This document shows, piece after piece, positions 1 through 11,815 of a stretch of DNA of 64,000 nt. Within the stretch, counting starts at the first letter, position 1, and each line of letters begins with the position of its first letter. The stretch comes from Antechinus flavipes (taxonomy: Eukaryota). The notes beneath the pieces are model-generated. The model had not been told where the DNA came from and did no database searches. It saw nothing but the letters and a program-made list of their open reading frames with translations. The translations under genes were made by a program, and so were the position numbers. The stretch is from the NCBI RefSeq assembly GCF_016432865.1, contig NC_067403.1:4650001-4714000 (forward strand). The letters are read 5' to 3'.

Positions 1-152
1 TCTGAGACATATATAATCTAATTGTATATGTGATACCCAAGCAATTGATTTAAAATGGTAAAGGAAAGGCAAATAAACTCTAGATGCTGTTATACAACCC
101 AAAAATTAATGCTTATGTTTTTGCTTTTATTAATTCTTAAAATCAGTCAAAG

Positions 153-154
<2 letters not shown>

Positions 155-192
<38 letters not shown>
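155..192. repeat. (GT)19 microsatellite followed by ACATGTGTGT variant units
   Basis: Direct read of the sequence; explains the CVCV/VCVC ORFs 55..327 and 159..377. Confidence 0.98.
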
Positions 193-194
<2 letters not shown>

Positions 195-1927
195 ATGTGT
201 GTACATGTGTGTACAAGGGGCAAAACTAGACTTAAACACAAAACAAGTCACTTATTTAGTATACCTGGATTCTCATACCTTCCCTTGCATCTTTTATCTC
301 CCTCCTTTAACTTGTTGCTTTGTTTAACCATTAGAAATTTCAGCATTAAGGATAGTAAAATTGTACTACACACTTAATAGAATTTTGAGGAAAGTACATA
401 GTGTATCATAAGGTTTTCTAGGAATATAAATGATGATTTGGTGGATAGAAAGAGGGGATGGGGTAAGAGGAAGGAAGGGGAGGAACGGAGAATGAGACAT
501 GTGACCTAAAACAAGAGTTGTCTTTCAATAACTGGTGGACTCATTAGAGTAGATAGATGACCACTGTAAGCATAAATTTTGTCAGGTTTTCTTCAGCTTC
601 CTCTTATCAATTTCTATGCTGAGGAATAACTTTGGAAAATCCTAAGCTAAATTTCACTCTTAAATCTATCCATGAGCAATATATATTTTCAGACATGTTT
701 AGTACTTAACATCCCATTGCCTGCAATAGCTTCCTGACATCCACTTGTTGGTACATTCTATTATTTTGACTGTCAATTTGCTGGAGCCAAAGCCTTTAAT
801 CTCATGAGTTTGTATCATCATTTTCAACAACAACAATAACTTGCATTTCCTGGGCTTGCAATGCACCAGGAGCTTTCTTTACAACTCCACAGGGAGCCAG
901 TCCAAGGAGGATGAACCTTTTAGGGACCTTTTAGGCAAAACCCTGAATTTACAGAACAACAGTTGAAACTGAATTGAAGCACTGGCCCAACGTAAAAGCC
1001 ACTAAGGGCCAGGTAGCTTGGCTCCCAGAGCTTCAGGGTTGGATTCTCTCACTGACCCGGGAGACTTAGGAGAGATCCTGAAAGACACTGAGAAGGGAGA
1101 CTGAGGCAACTCAAAGAGAAGGGAACTGAGAATGGTTACATAGCCTAGAATTATTGCTGTGAAGAGGCAGTGAACTGTTCTGAAAGAAATAGTGACTTTG
1201 GTATCTTCCCAGAGCTCAAAATCATATTCTCTGCTGAGACGAACTGATAGCTGTGGGGCCCTAGCCAAGCCTTTTCACTTCTGCATCCCATTTTCCTTCT
1301 CCACAAAATGGGGCACTATCTACCCCACAAGAGAAAGCACTAGCTCAGCATGAATGACATCACTAAAGATCTCCTACTGAATATTCCTGCTCTGCTTTCC
1401 CTCACGAGGAGATGCTCTGAAATTGTGGGGGAGAGTCAGGCGGTATTTCCCAAAGATTCATCATTTCACACATGGCATTTTAAAAAGTGCATATAAAAGG
1501 ATGCTATTTACTTCATTGATCATTTTTTATTAACATTTTAACTGCATGAAAATGAATAATCTGTTATACAAGAGAAAAATGAAATATCTAAATCTAGCTC
1601 TAATAGTAATAAAAAGAATTATTAATATTAGCAGTCCTGAGGTTATTTTTATGTGCAAATAATGGTTGTACTGATGTGTTTTCAGGAAATAACAATCAGG
1701 ATTTTCCCCTCAGTAAGTCATCTCATTCTTTGGAATTTACTGCATACATTTTAAAACATATGTTAGCAGTGAATACAGCTTAATTATCAAGTATGATATT
1801 GGAAAGATTTGAGGAAATTAGAAGGACAGTTAAAAATAGGAGCTGAGGCAATAAGAATAGAGACAATTCAGAGCTGATTTCAGAGAAATTGGCCATGGAT
1901 TACCCTCTTCCTCCTCTCCTTATGCAG

Positions 1928-2022
1928 ATTTCTGTTTGCCCTTTGTAGGTTCCCAGAAATATGAAAGCAAAGGAAACTTCCCCTCCAGGATCACGTCACC
2001 GCTAGCTGACCATGATTTTTCA
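1928..2022 (+). other. Candidate orphan internal exon with two in-frame acceptors (starts 1928 or 1949)
   Basis: CCCTCTTCCTCCTCTCCTTATGCAG|1928 and TTTCTGTTTGCCCTTTGTAG|1949, donor TCA|GTAAGT at 2023. One open frame, (DFCLPFV)GSQKYESKGNFPSRITSPLADHDFS, which I do not recognise. Confidence 0.3.
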
Positions 2023-2180
2023 GTAAGTTGCCTGCTGACTTTCGGTGATGAAGAGGTTAGCCTGGGTATTTGAAGGGTCTCTCTTTTAACTCTAATAGCT
2101 TTATTCTAAGGTCTCTTCCCTGAACTTTGAGAAAAGATAACCACTTGGGGAGGAGCCTACGTTTAGATAGAAGGTACCTG

Positions 2181-2290
2181 AAAGGCCATCAATTTCAATC
2201 TTTTCACTTTTTTTAGATGAGGAAACTGAGGCTCAGAGAAGTGAATTGATTTTTCCAAGACCATGCAGTTCATTAGGGGCAAAGCTTAGT
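2181..2290 (-). mobile_element. MIR-type core-SINE fragment
   Basis: TTTTAGATGAGGAAACTGAGGCTCAGAGAAGTG is the reverse complement of the MIR core. Confidence 0.85.
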
Positions 2291-3064
2291 TTAAGCTAAG
2301 GTAAGCTTTAGTATCCTTTGACTATATTTACTTCCCTACACCATCATGTGGTTTCCCATTAAGAATCTAAATGGGCAGAGATAACTTCTAAATATTTTCT
2401 TAACTTGGAAATTTTGTAATCACAATGCTAAGGTCTTAAGGATTTATATGTGAGTAAAGTAGGCTGATTGTGATCTAGGGCTGCCAGATCAGTTTCAGAG
2501 GACCTTGGTGAGAGCATTTCTCCTAACCCATCACTACCACCAGGGTTTACCTTTCCCTTGACATCTTATGCTGCTAAGATAGTTCTAATAAGTGAGGTGG
2601 TTACTGATATATTATCATTAAAGCCTCAGGATTGCCAAGGGGGCTGTAGGATGAATGAGGTAGCTCATGGTGGAAGAAGACATTGCAAGAGAAGTTCTGC
2701 CATCTAATCAAAGGAATTAAGTCTCTACCTTCACAGCTTTGTTTCTTTGTACCCCAAACCTGCAACCTTCAGGGAGAATGATTCAAAGCTTAAGTTTCTT
2801 CTCATAATCTTCCAAAATATGGGATACTCTGAATCAGCATGGGAGAAGTATTGATGTCTACTACACAACGAAGCTGTTTAACACATATATGATGCTCAAG
2901 AATTGAGTGTTAGAAAAACTCAAATAAGAAATTAGCAATATAATTATTACTGTACTTTCTGTATTACTGTAGGAAGTTAAAACTTAAAATACCAGGATAT
3001 AATATGGTTTGGGTAGTTAGTAAATAGGCATTTTACTTTTATATCACTTCTACAGCATCTAAAC

Positions 3065-3302
3065 CAGAGGGTCTCAAAATGTGGTCCAGAGAATGAATCC
3101 TAGAGGGTCTCTGAAACCCTTTCAGAGGGTATCTATATGTGTATATGTATACATATATATATATATATTCAAATTTGCTTTTTTTAATTTGTAATATATG
3201 AATATATCTAAATATAGCTCACATAAACAAAAACTTTTGGGACATATCCTTAATCAATTTAACAGTATAAAAATATTGAGCACAAAAGTTTGAGAACCAT
3301 TG
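3065..3302. mobile_element. Non-autonomous hAT-Charlie (Charlie1-like) DNA transposon with internal (TA)n
   Basis: Imperfect TIRs CAGAGGGTCTCAAA / TTTGAGAACCATTG; degenerate 8-bp TSD ATCTAAAC (3057-3064) / GTTTAAAT (3303-3310); internal GAAACCCTTTCAGAGGG and CATAAACAAAAACTTTTGGG resemble Charlie1 subterminal sequence as I recall it. Confidence 0.75.
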
Positions 3303-3544
3303 GTTTAAATAATCCCTTCTAGTAAGATAGTGGTGTCTAGATCAGCCAGCCCTTGAGCTATGACCCTTTGACACATTCATCATTCCCTCTGATCCTACTG
3401 CCAGTCAGGCCTGACAAAGGATTCTGGATCTCAACAACCATGAAAGTCACAAAATCTTCTTCAAAATGGAACAAGTCTATCTCAAGAGAGCTACTTGTTC
3501 TTTAATGCTTCAATATAGATGGGCAACATTGTACTGCAGCGGAC

Positions 3545-3775
3545 AGAGAGCCAGGCATAGAATCAGAAAACAAACAAACAAACAAAAATATGAGTTCAAA
3601 TCTTTCCTTAAATACTTACTATCACAATGTGTGACATTGGACAAGTCATTTAACCCTGTTTGCTTCGGTTTATTCATTTGTAAAATTTACTGGAGAAAGA
3701 AATAACAAACTACTCCATTATAGTTGGCAAGAAAAACCCAAATGGAGTCACAGAGAGTTGGATAAAATGAAAAGA
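3545..3775 (+). mobile_element. Mar1-type marsupial core-SINE
   Basis: GAGTTCAAATC B-box, GTGTGACATTGGACAAGTCATTTAAC core, GGCAAGAAAAACCCAAATGGAGTCAC Mar1-like tail. Confidence 0.85.
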
Positions 3776-3799
3776 ATTTTAAAAATGGAAGAAAAAGAA

Positions 3800-6590
3800 A
3801 AACTTAATAAAAAAAGAACTAATCTGTAATATAGATCCAGAAGAGATAATTTAAGAATTATGTAAAAGCCTCATTTCTAAAATATATAGAGAAATGATTC
3901 AAATTTATAAGAATTCAAGGCATTCTCTAATTGATAAATGATCAAAGGATATGAACAGACAATTTTCAGATGAAGAAACTGAAAACATTTCTAGACATAT
4001 GAAAAGGTGCTCTAACTCACTACTGAGCAGAGAAATGCAAATTAAGAGAACTCTGAGGTACCACTAACCACCTTTCAGATTGGCAAAGATGACAGGAAAG
4101 GACAATGATGAATGTAGGAGGGGATGTGGGAAAACTGGGACACTGAAGCATTGTTGGTGGAGTTGTGAATGGATCCAAACATTCTGAAGAACAATTTGGA
4201 TATTCTGGAAAACAAATACTCAAAAGGTTATCAAATTGTGCATACGCTCTGATGAGAAGTCTTTCTATTAGGTTTATATCCCAAAGAGATCTTAAAGGAG
4301 GGAAAGGGACCCACATGTCCAAAAGGGTTTGTAGCAACCCTTTTTTGTAATGTCAAGAAAGTGGAAACTGAGTAGATGCCCATCAGTTGGCGAATGGTTG
4401 AATAAATTATGGTATATGAATATTATGGAATATTATTATTCTGTAAGAAACGACCAGCAGGATGATTTCAGAGAGGTCTGGAGAGACTTACAGGAACTGA
4501 TGCCGAGTGAAATGAGAAGAACCAGGAGATTATTGTAGATGTCAATAACAAGATTATATTATGATCAATTCTGATGGATGTGACTCTCTTCAATAATGAG
4601 GTGATTCAAGCCAGTTTCAATAGACCTGTGATAGAAAGAGCCATCTATACCCAAAGAGAGAACTGTGGGAACTATGGATCACAACATAGTATTTTCACTC
4701 CTTTTGTTGTTGTTTGCTTGCATTTTATCTTCTTTCTCATTTTTTTTTTTTGGTTTGATTTGATTTTTCTTGTTCAGCAAGACAATTGTATAAATATGTA
4801 TGCCTACACTGGATTTAACATATAGTTTTACCATGATTAACATATTGGGTTACTTGTCTTCTAGGGAAGGGGGTGAGGGCAAAGGGGTAAAAATGGAACA
4901 TAAGATTTTTCAAGGGTCAATGTTGAAAAATTATCTTTGCATATGTTTTAAAAAAACAATAAAAAACAATAATTGGACTACATAAAAGTCATGATCCAAA
5001 AAAAAAATGCAGCAACCTAACCTAGACAGCATCTTTTAAGAAATTATCAAGGAAAATGATCCTGATATTCTTGAATCAAAGGGATTGAAATTGAAAGCAT
5101 CAAATGGTCACTTTCTGAAAGAGATACCCAGGAATATTATAGCCAAATTTCAGACCTGCCAGATCAAGGAGAAAATACCATAAACAGCTAAAAGGAAACA
5201 AATCAAATATCATAGAATTACAGTCCAGTTAACACAAGATTTAACAATGTCTACATTAAAAGAAAAGAGAATTTGGAATATTATATTCTAGAGGGCAAAA
5301 CATGTTAAGATTATAGAAAAAAATCAACTAACCAGAAAACCCAAGAATAATCCATCAGGAAAAAAATGGGCTTTCACTCAAAAAGAGAACTTTTAAGCAT
5401 TTCTGATGAAAAAATCAGAATAGAATAAAAAATCTAATTTTCAAATACAAGATACGAACAGGAAAGAGAAATTATATGGGATTCAATAAGATTAAACTGG
5501 TTACATCAATAATGTAAACTGGTTACATTACATTATTTCATAGTAAAATGGTATTTATAAACCTTAAATTTTTCTCATTATTAGGATTGTTAGAAGGAGT
5601 AAACATAGACAGGAATCAGAGATGTGAGTGGAACATGATGGTATGAGAACCTTCAAAAAAGGAAATTAAGAGATGAGAAAAGACAAATGCACTGGAAGAA
5701 TGCCCTAGGAGAATGGGAAAGAGCGATACAAAATAGAATAAGTTATCTGACATTTAACTGTGGAGAGCAAAATGGGAGAAGTGGAGAGAGGAGTATGTGA
5801 ATTTTACTCTTATTGGATTGGCTCAGAGAGAATAAATATACAATCAGTTGGGTATCTTGTCATATAGGAAAGTAGTAAGGGAGATTCATAAGAGAAGGGG
5901 GATGAAGATGATAGAAGGAAGGACTGTTTGGGGAAGTAAAAGAAGCAAAAAACTTTTAAGGATAAATAAACCAAGAATTTTTAAGGAAATAATGGCAAAC
6001 TTAACAACTATATGAAAAATTATTTCAAACCACCAATAACAAAGTCAATGTAAACAACAATAATTCTGAGGTTATTTCTCAAACTGAGCAAATTAGCAAA
6101 TAATAAAAAATGAAGAAAGTCTACTTTGAGAATCCTGCAAGAATAAAACCTGTCTCATATACCATTGGTGAAGGGTTTGAAGAGTTTCAATCACCTTGTA
6201 GAACAGATCTGTCATACCCAATCCTGTTATTGGCCATATATTTCAAGGATAACAAAGAAAGAAATAAAAGAGAAAAAGATAAAAGAAATATAAATGACAA
6301 TTCTGAGCTACTATCATATATTTATCAAATTGGCTAATATAACAGAAAAGAAAAATGACTAATATTCGAGGGAACGTAGGAACATTAAAACACTAATGCA
6401 TTGTTGGAATTGTGAACTGATTCAATCTGCTGGAGAGCAATTTGGAAGTATGCCCAAAGGATTGTATAATAATCTATATCCTTTGACCAACAATACCAAT
6501 ACTAGGTGTGTATCCCAAAGGCAAAATATATATATATATATATATAGGAATCATACTTATAATGATACCTGTACAAAATTATTTAAGTGA
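3800..6590 (+). mobile_element. Old fragmented LINE-1 (ORF1, spacer and ORF2 3' pieces), interrupted by a younger L1
   Basis: ORF1-like text (GAAATTATCAAGGAAAATGATCCTGATATTCTTGAA; ATAGCCAAATTTCAG...CAAGGAGAAAATA) resumes at about 4968. ORF2 C-terminal-like ORF 6396..6590 (MHCWNCELIQSAGEQFG). Confidence 0.8.
3861..4967 (+). mobile_element. 5'-truncated marsupial LINE-1 (ORF2 C-terminus, 3'UTR, A-tail)
   Basis: ORFs 4165..4350 and 4350..4538 (KWKLSRCPSVGEWLNKLWYMNIMEYY) are L1 ORF2 C-terminal motifs; A-rich tail at about 4950-4967; splits the host ORF1 between AAGAATTA and TTGGACTAC. Confidence 0.92.
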
Positions 6591-7050
6591 GACTGAGTTG
6601 TATAAAGTCATCAGTCTAATTCTCCCTTCCAAATCCACTGAAGTCTAGAGGCAAGATCAAAGTCCAAGTACCTGGCAAAGACCTAAGGTGCTGAGCATGA
6701 CGTTGATGTCTTTACTGATGGATCAAGCTCCAAGTATTCCACAGCACCACAGGAACAAAGTCTTCTCATCCATCCATTCTCCCAGGGAAAGTGTTCCCAA
6801 GTTTGGGCAGACAGCTCTTCCAACTCACCATGAGGTCTGAAGGCAGTTGATTGCCCTCAGCTGGGGTTAGTCTGTTTGCTGTGGCAGCTTGCCCAGGTGC
6901 GGCTGCTGAGGATGCTCCAGCTTCCTGGAACCACATGTGAGAATTGGGTGAAGAGGGACTGCAAAGGTGAATGAGAAACCTTGAGAAGGGCTTGGCAAGT
7001 CTTCACACCAGACGTGTCCACCCTCCTTAGACAGCCCGCATTGCCTCAGA
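6590..7050 (-). mobile_element. RTE-associated marsupial SINE (WALLSI/MAR4/RTESINE-like), longer form
   Basis: Shares the block ...TAAAGTCATCAGTCTAATTCTCCCTTCC...GAAGTCTAGAGGCAAG with copies at 31255 and 47130; GGCAAGTCTTCACACCAGA segment matches this family as recalled. Subfamily uncertain. Confidence 0.6.
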
Positions 7051-8699
7051 TGTTAATTATTCTTCCTGTTATCACATAGGTTAGTGACTTGGGCACTTCA
7101 TCTCTCTGATCGTCAGCGTTCTCAAACTCTAAGGTTAAGCAGTTGAGTGGCGGGATTCCTTCCAGCTCCTACCTTATGTATCTGAGCCAAGGCAAGTGAT
7201 TTCCACCTTGAGTACCTTAGCAACTAGGCTGCTCCAAATGCTCAGGCTGAGATCCTGACCAGATTACTTGCACTAAAAGCTGTTGGCTCTTAGTTCTCTT
7301 TCCCTTTTTCCCTCCACACAACACCTACTGCCAACAGATCCTTCTGTTTGGGATTCAGCAGTACTCGGATGATAGCTTCATCACACATCTATAGATCAGT
7401 GTCAGAGGGAACGTTCTCTCCTGCTACCTAGAACCGCTAATATAATTGCAGCCACTGCAGTGGTGATGTGAGCTCATGGATGCTTCTCCCCTTTCTATTT
7501 TATTTAGAATTTGAATCCTTTCATCTTATGGTTAATTTACTTTTGAAATTTCTTTGCCTCTTCAAAAGTTCAAATAAGGATTGGAAAATATTGGCATTAC
7601 CTGAGAGGAAGAGGTAGAAGATTTGTCAAGGTGGGAAATTCTGCCATTGTGCAGATGTTATTGTGGCTGCCAGGTGTTCAATTGTATTCTTCAAATCAGG
7701 GCCCTGACTTTTAAAAAACGGCTAAGATAAGATTAATTTTTGCTTCAGTGTATGTGTGGTGAATTTTTTTTTCATGTTGTTAAAGATGACATGACCATTC
7801 ATTCAAAGGGGTAATAGCACATGGGAATATTAAAATATACATTAAACATACCCACGTAAACGTTTGTAAAAGAAACTGGGAGGATGATTTACTCATTTTA
7901 GAAGCCCCATGCTGCACTGGCTGCTGACACAACATGTTGCCAAAATAATCAACAGATTCAATTACATTGTATTCCATAAGCATTTATTACCTATCTAATA
8001 TATGCAAGAAAATCACATTTGTACATCTCTCTTAAATGCTGTTAGCCCCATTGACAGAGGAGGAAGCATAGGGATGTAGGGAGCATAATTACTTTAGCTG
8101 GAGTCACACAGCTGCTCAAGTGTTTATATCTAGATTTGAACCTGGCTCTCCAACTCCCACTCCAACATCCCACTATACTAGAGATATCCCAAAATGGCCA
8201 GATTAAAATGGCATTGGGGGAAATTTAACAAAGTAAATACAAATACAGCAAACCATAATAGTGGTCTACGTATGTTGTTTTCTAATCCAGGGTAGAGGCA
8301 AATATTCTTATGTACTATTTAGCAATATTGCATCGGGGGCTCGTGATAGATGAAGGAGGGGACATTTCTGCGAGGAGTTTATGATCTAATTGGAAGATTA
8401 AAAATGCACAAAAAGGAAAAGCAGCCAGAGAATATGAGGGGAGAGCATATTTCTTCTAGACAGGATCAAAAATGGGCTTCATGGAAGAATTGGACATTAA
8501 ATGAAAGAGGATTTCCTTTCTTTCTTTGCTTAACAAACACTTAAAGAGAACATGAGAAAAAAAAATTTAAAAAGGACAGAAAAATGAAACAAAATGAAAT
8601 GTTCTCACATGCCCTGCAGAACATCAGAGAGGATTCGAAGTATGCAACAATAAATTTCAATTTTGAGAAAAAACATGTAATAATAAAAGACATTATATT

Positions 8700-9590
8700 C
8701 CAGTTTTTCATTCTTTATATTTTGTTATAACTTCACTAAATTCCTCTTGATTAATTCTAATATTCAAAGAGTTATTTTCATCTATGAGATTTAGGATCTC
8801 CTTTTCTAGTTGATTGACTTTCTTTCCATAACCTTGTTTTTCTTGGATTGTTAGTTTGTTTTTACTTATTTTAATTTTCCCCTTAAAAAAGAGTCCTTCT
8901 ACAGATTCCCTCTGGGCAGGGAGCCATATAATATTACCCTTTGGGATAGGAGAGGCTTTTTGATTCTCTATGTTCCTATGGTTTTCTCTATTTCCATAGT
9001 AAGTTTATATGTTTGGGGTCTTTTGCTGTTAAGAATGTCAGCACTTCTTGTCCTTGGTGGGGGATGGTGTCCCTGGCTTTATATCACTCCCTTCTCTGAC
9101 CTGGATCCCCAAACCAAAAGCCTCCCCAGTGCCCGATACCCAGAGTGCCCCTGCCCCTGGCACTCACTGAATGCTGGTTCCATGTGTTTGCAGCACAGCT
9201 GGACCCAGTGTTCCTCATCAACGTTGGTTGCCTGAGTCTGCCCAGATTCGGACCTGACACCCCAGGCAGTCCAGGAAGTAAAAGTTCCTGTGGCAGGGTG
9301 GAGCTGAGACTCCCTAGGACCCCAGCTAGCCCCAGGGCTCCCCTCTAGTTGCTTGCTCAGATCTGGTCAGGATGTGTTTATTTTAAACTCTGTTAATCCT
9401 CCTTTAGGGTCTTCAATCTTCTGGGTTGTCCCAGGAGGATCCCTACTCTGCCCCAAGGCTTTCTTCTCTCCCCCACTGAGGTGTAATTTTCCACTGGAGA
9501 GATGTGGAGAGCTAGAAATGTTCCAAGTTGCTCTCCTGTTTTCCCAGCATCCCTCTTATCAAAGCCCAGCATTAAGAGCAGATGCAGCAC
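8700..9590 (-). mobile_element. Old LINE-1 5' region (ORF1 N-terminus and GC-richer 5'UTR-like part)
   Basis: T-rich TTTTCATTCTTTATATTTTG...GAGTTATTTTC...TCCTTTTCTAGTTG pattern is shared with the L1 ORF1 regions at 27300-27600 and 61440-61610. Confidence 0.6.
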
Positions 9591-9794
9591 TGCTGTGGGG
9601 GGAGGCAGCACATAAGCAGAGGTAAATTGACCAATATAAGGAGAAAAGATTAAACTCACAAATGACCTTGTGGTCCAAGCCACTCCTTTCGCATATGAGA
9701 AAACTAAGTCTAGAAAAGTGAATAATGGCATGAAGATCTCAAAGGAAGCAGAGGGGTCTTTTTATTCTGAACTAAGGGTTCTTGAAAATCTCTT

Positions 9795-9985
9795 CATAGG
9801 ACAGCTGGACTGGGAGTCAGGAAGAACTGAATTCAAATTCTGTTCTAGTCACTTATTCGCTGTGAGAACTTGGCCAAATCACTTGACTCTGCCACAGTTT
9901 CCTCATCTGTAAAATGAGCTGAAGAAAGAAAAGGCAAACCCCTCCTGTATCTTTGCCAAGAAAACCCCAAATGCGATCACACAGT
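9795..9985 (+). mobile_element. Mar1-type core-SINE
   Basis: GGAGTCAGGAAGAACTGAATTCAAAT...CAGTTTCCTCATCTGTAAAATGAGCTG...TCTTTGCCAAGAAAACCCCAAATG...CTGAACAACAA. Confidence 0.92.
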
Positions 9986-10158
9986 TAGATAAGCCTGAAC
10001 AACAAGTTTTATATATTTCCTTTGTAAATTTCCTATGCAAATATATATAATTTTCCTTTCCTTTCCTTTGTAAATATACTTATTTTGTTTTAAGCACTTA
10101 AAATTTTCACCAACCTGTCAAAAGGATCACACACAGGCACACATCCACCATTCGTGCA

Positions 10159-10162
<4 letters not shown>

Positions 10163-10198
<36 letters not shown>
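10163..10198. repeat. (CA)18 microsatellite
   Basis: Direct read of the sequence. Confidence 0.98.
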
Positions 10199-10201
<3 letters not shown>

Positions 10202-10324
10202 CAAGTTGCTTTTCCTGAAATCATCTCTCAATATTCATCTCTGTACATGGGAGGTCCGAATATTCTTTATATTCACCAGGTAGACTACAAACTGCTTGAA
10301 ATTCACTTTGATCATGCAGTTCAA

Positions 10325-10490
10325 AGTGGAAGGAATCTTGGAAGCCATCAAATTCAGCACTCTCTTTTTTACAAAAAAAGAAGTTGAGGATCAAACAGAT
10401 CAAGTGACTTGCCCAGGATCACATGTCTTGTAAGTGTCTCAGTTGAATATTCTTGTTGAATATGAGCATTCTGGACACTTAGTCCACTTT
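10325..10490 (-). mobile_element. MIR-type core-SINE
   Basis: AAGTGACTTGCCCAGGATCACA core in reverse orientation. Confidence 0.85.
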
Positions 10491-11224
10491 TCAGTCCTTG
10501 TGCCACTCCCATTTTTGTATTGATTTCCCTAGTCATTAGGATGCTCTCTGGCACACAGAAAGCACTGGTTAATAAATGTTTGTTGGACTGGATTTGTTCT
10601 TGGGGAAACACGGCCCCCTCCATAGCTCTTCCATCTCTTACTTGTTTGACTTTAGGCGAATCAATTTCTTTGGCTCTTCTGAATTAAGGGGTTGGCTACA
10701 CAAGACACAAGGTGTTTTCCATTTCTCTGTCCTAGTCACAAGCTTCATTACCCTCTCACGGAGGAGCCAAAGTTAATTTGTAAATGCCATCGGGAACCAG
10801 AAGCCATGATAGGTTCATCCTCCCTTTCCCTTTAGGTCGCTCATCTGATCCCTGAAATACTTTTTCTTCCTGGTTAGTTATTACTGCTCAGTCCATTGAT
10901 TTGTGGGAAAGATGGATTGAGGTTGGCTCTGCTACACAGACTTCTTCATCTGGTCATGTGTTTGTGTGAGTGTGTGTGTTTATAGAATCAAAAAAGCATT
11001 ACATGTGGTGGGTGAAAAATGCCATTTCACTGGGTCCATATTTCACATCAGTCTCTCGGTTGTCCTGGGAAGCTAAAAATATAGTACCATGGGTGCTTTC
11101 TGAAAATATTCAGGCTTACAAGAGTGTAATATTTAGTCGTGAGAGATACCTGAGGAAGACAGAAAGTTCAGGATTTCTCACTATGCCCTCAAACTGTCCA
11201 GTCCAATCACAAAGGTCAATAGCA

Positions 11225-11400
11225 GTTGTATAGCATGCTGGCAAAGCCCCGGATAGGAATCTCAAGATGTGAATTCCAGATCCCTGAGCAGGACACTGCT
11301 ACTCTTCCAGCATCTGTCTCACCTACCGAAAATGGGGCAGAAGTTAACTCGATGGCTTGTAAGATCACTCCTGCCTTTAACATCTTTCTGCAATTCTAAA
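11225..11400 (+). mobile_element. MIR-type core-SINE (degenerate)
   Basis: GGATAGGAATCTCAAGATGTGAATTCCAGATCC...TGTCTCACCTACCGAAAATGGGG...TCTTTCTGCAATTCTAAA. Confidence 0.7.
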
Positions 11401-11659
11401 TTCTAAAAGAGTTAGAACTACTTTTGTCTCTTGCAGGAAGAATGCCGAATTTATTGCCTGTTGAACTGTCATCGTGAATTTTCAGCCCTCTCACTCATTA
11501 TCTGTGTTGACTTTGGTCTTAGTTTCTTCAACTGTGAGAGGATCTCTATGTACTTATGAATCTATGATCTTAATTGGACTTTAAAAGTACTTTTTTTTTA
11601 AAGTTTGAACAACCCATTTGAACAAACCTGAAGACATGAAAAGTTTTCTACAGCAACAC

Positions 11660-11815
11660 TCTGTGCAGTGTGCCTGTAGTATAACATTAGCATTCCCATT
11701 TCACAAAGGAGATAACTAAAACTGAGAGATGTCAAGGCATAAGCAAGGAAATGTCTGAGGTTGGATCGGAACTCACGTCTTCCAGGCCCAGTGCTCTGTC
11801 CATTGAACCACTAGT
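11660..11815 (-). mobile_element. MIR/Mar1-type core-SINE
   Basis: CCCATTTCACAAAGGAG...AACTGAG...TGTCTGAGGTTGGATCGGAACTCACGTCTTCC...AGTGCTCTGTCCA. Confidence 0.8.

Noticed and set aside
55-377. Cys/Val-rich ORFs (also 10154, 13731, 50793, 56407, 59632)
   Set aside because: Translations of (GT)n, (CA)n or (TA)n tracts.
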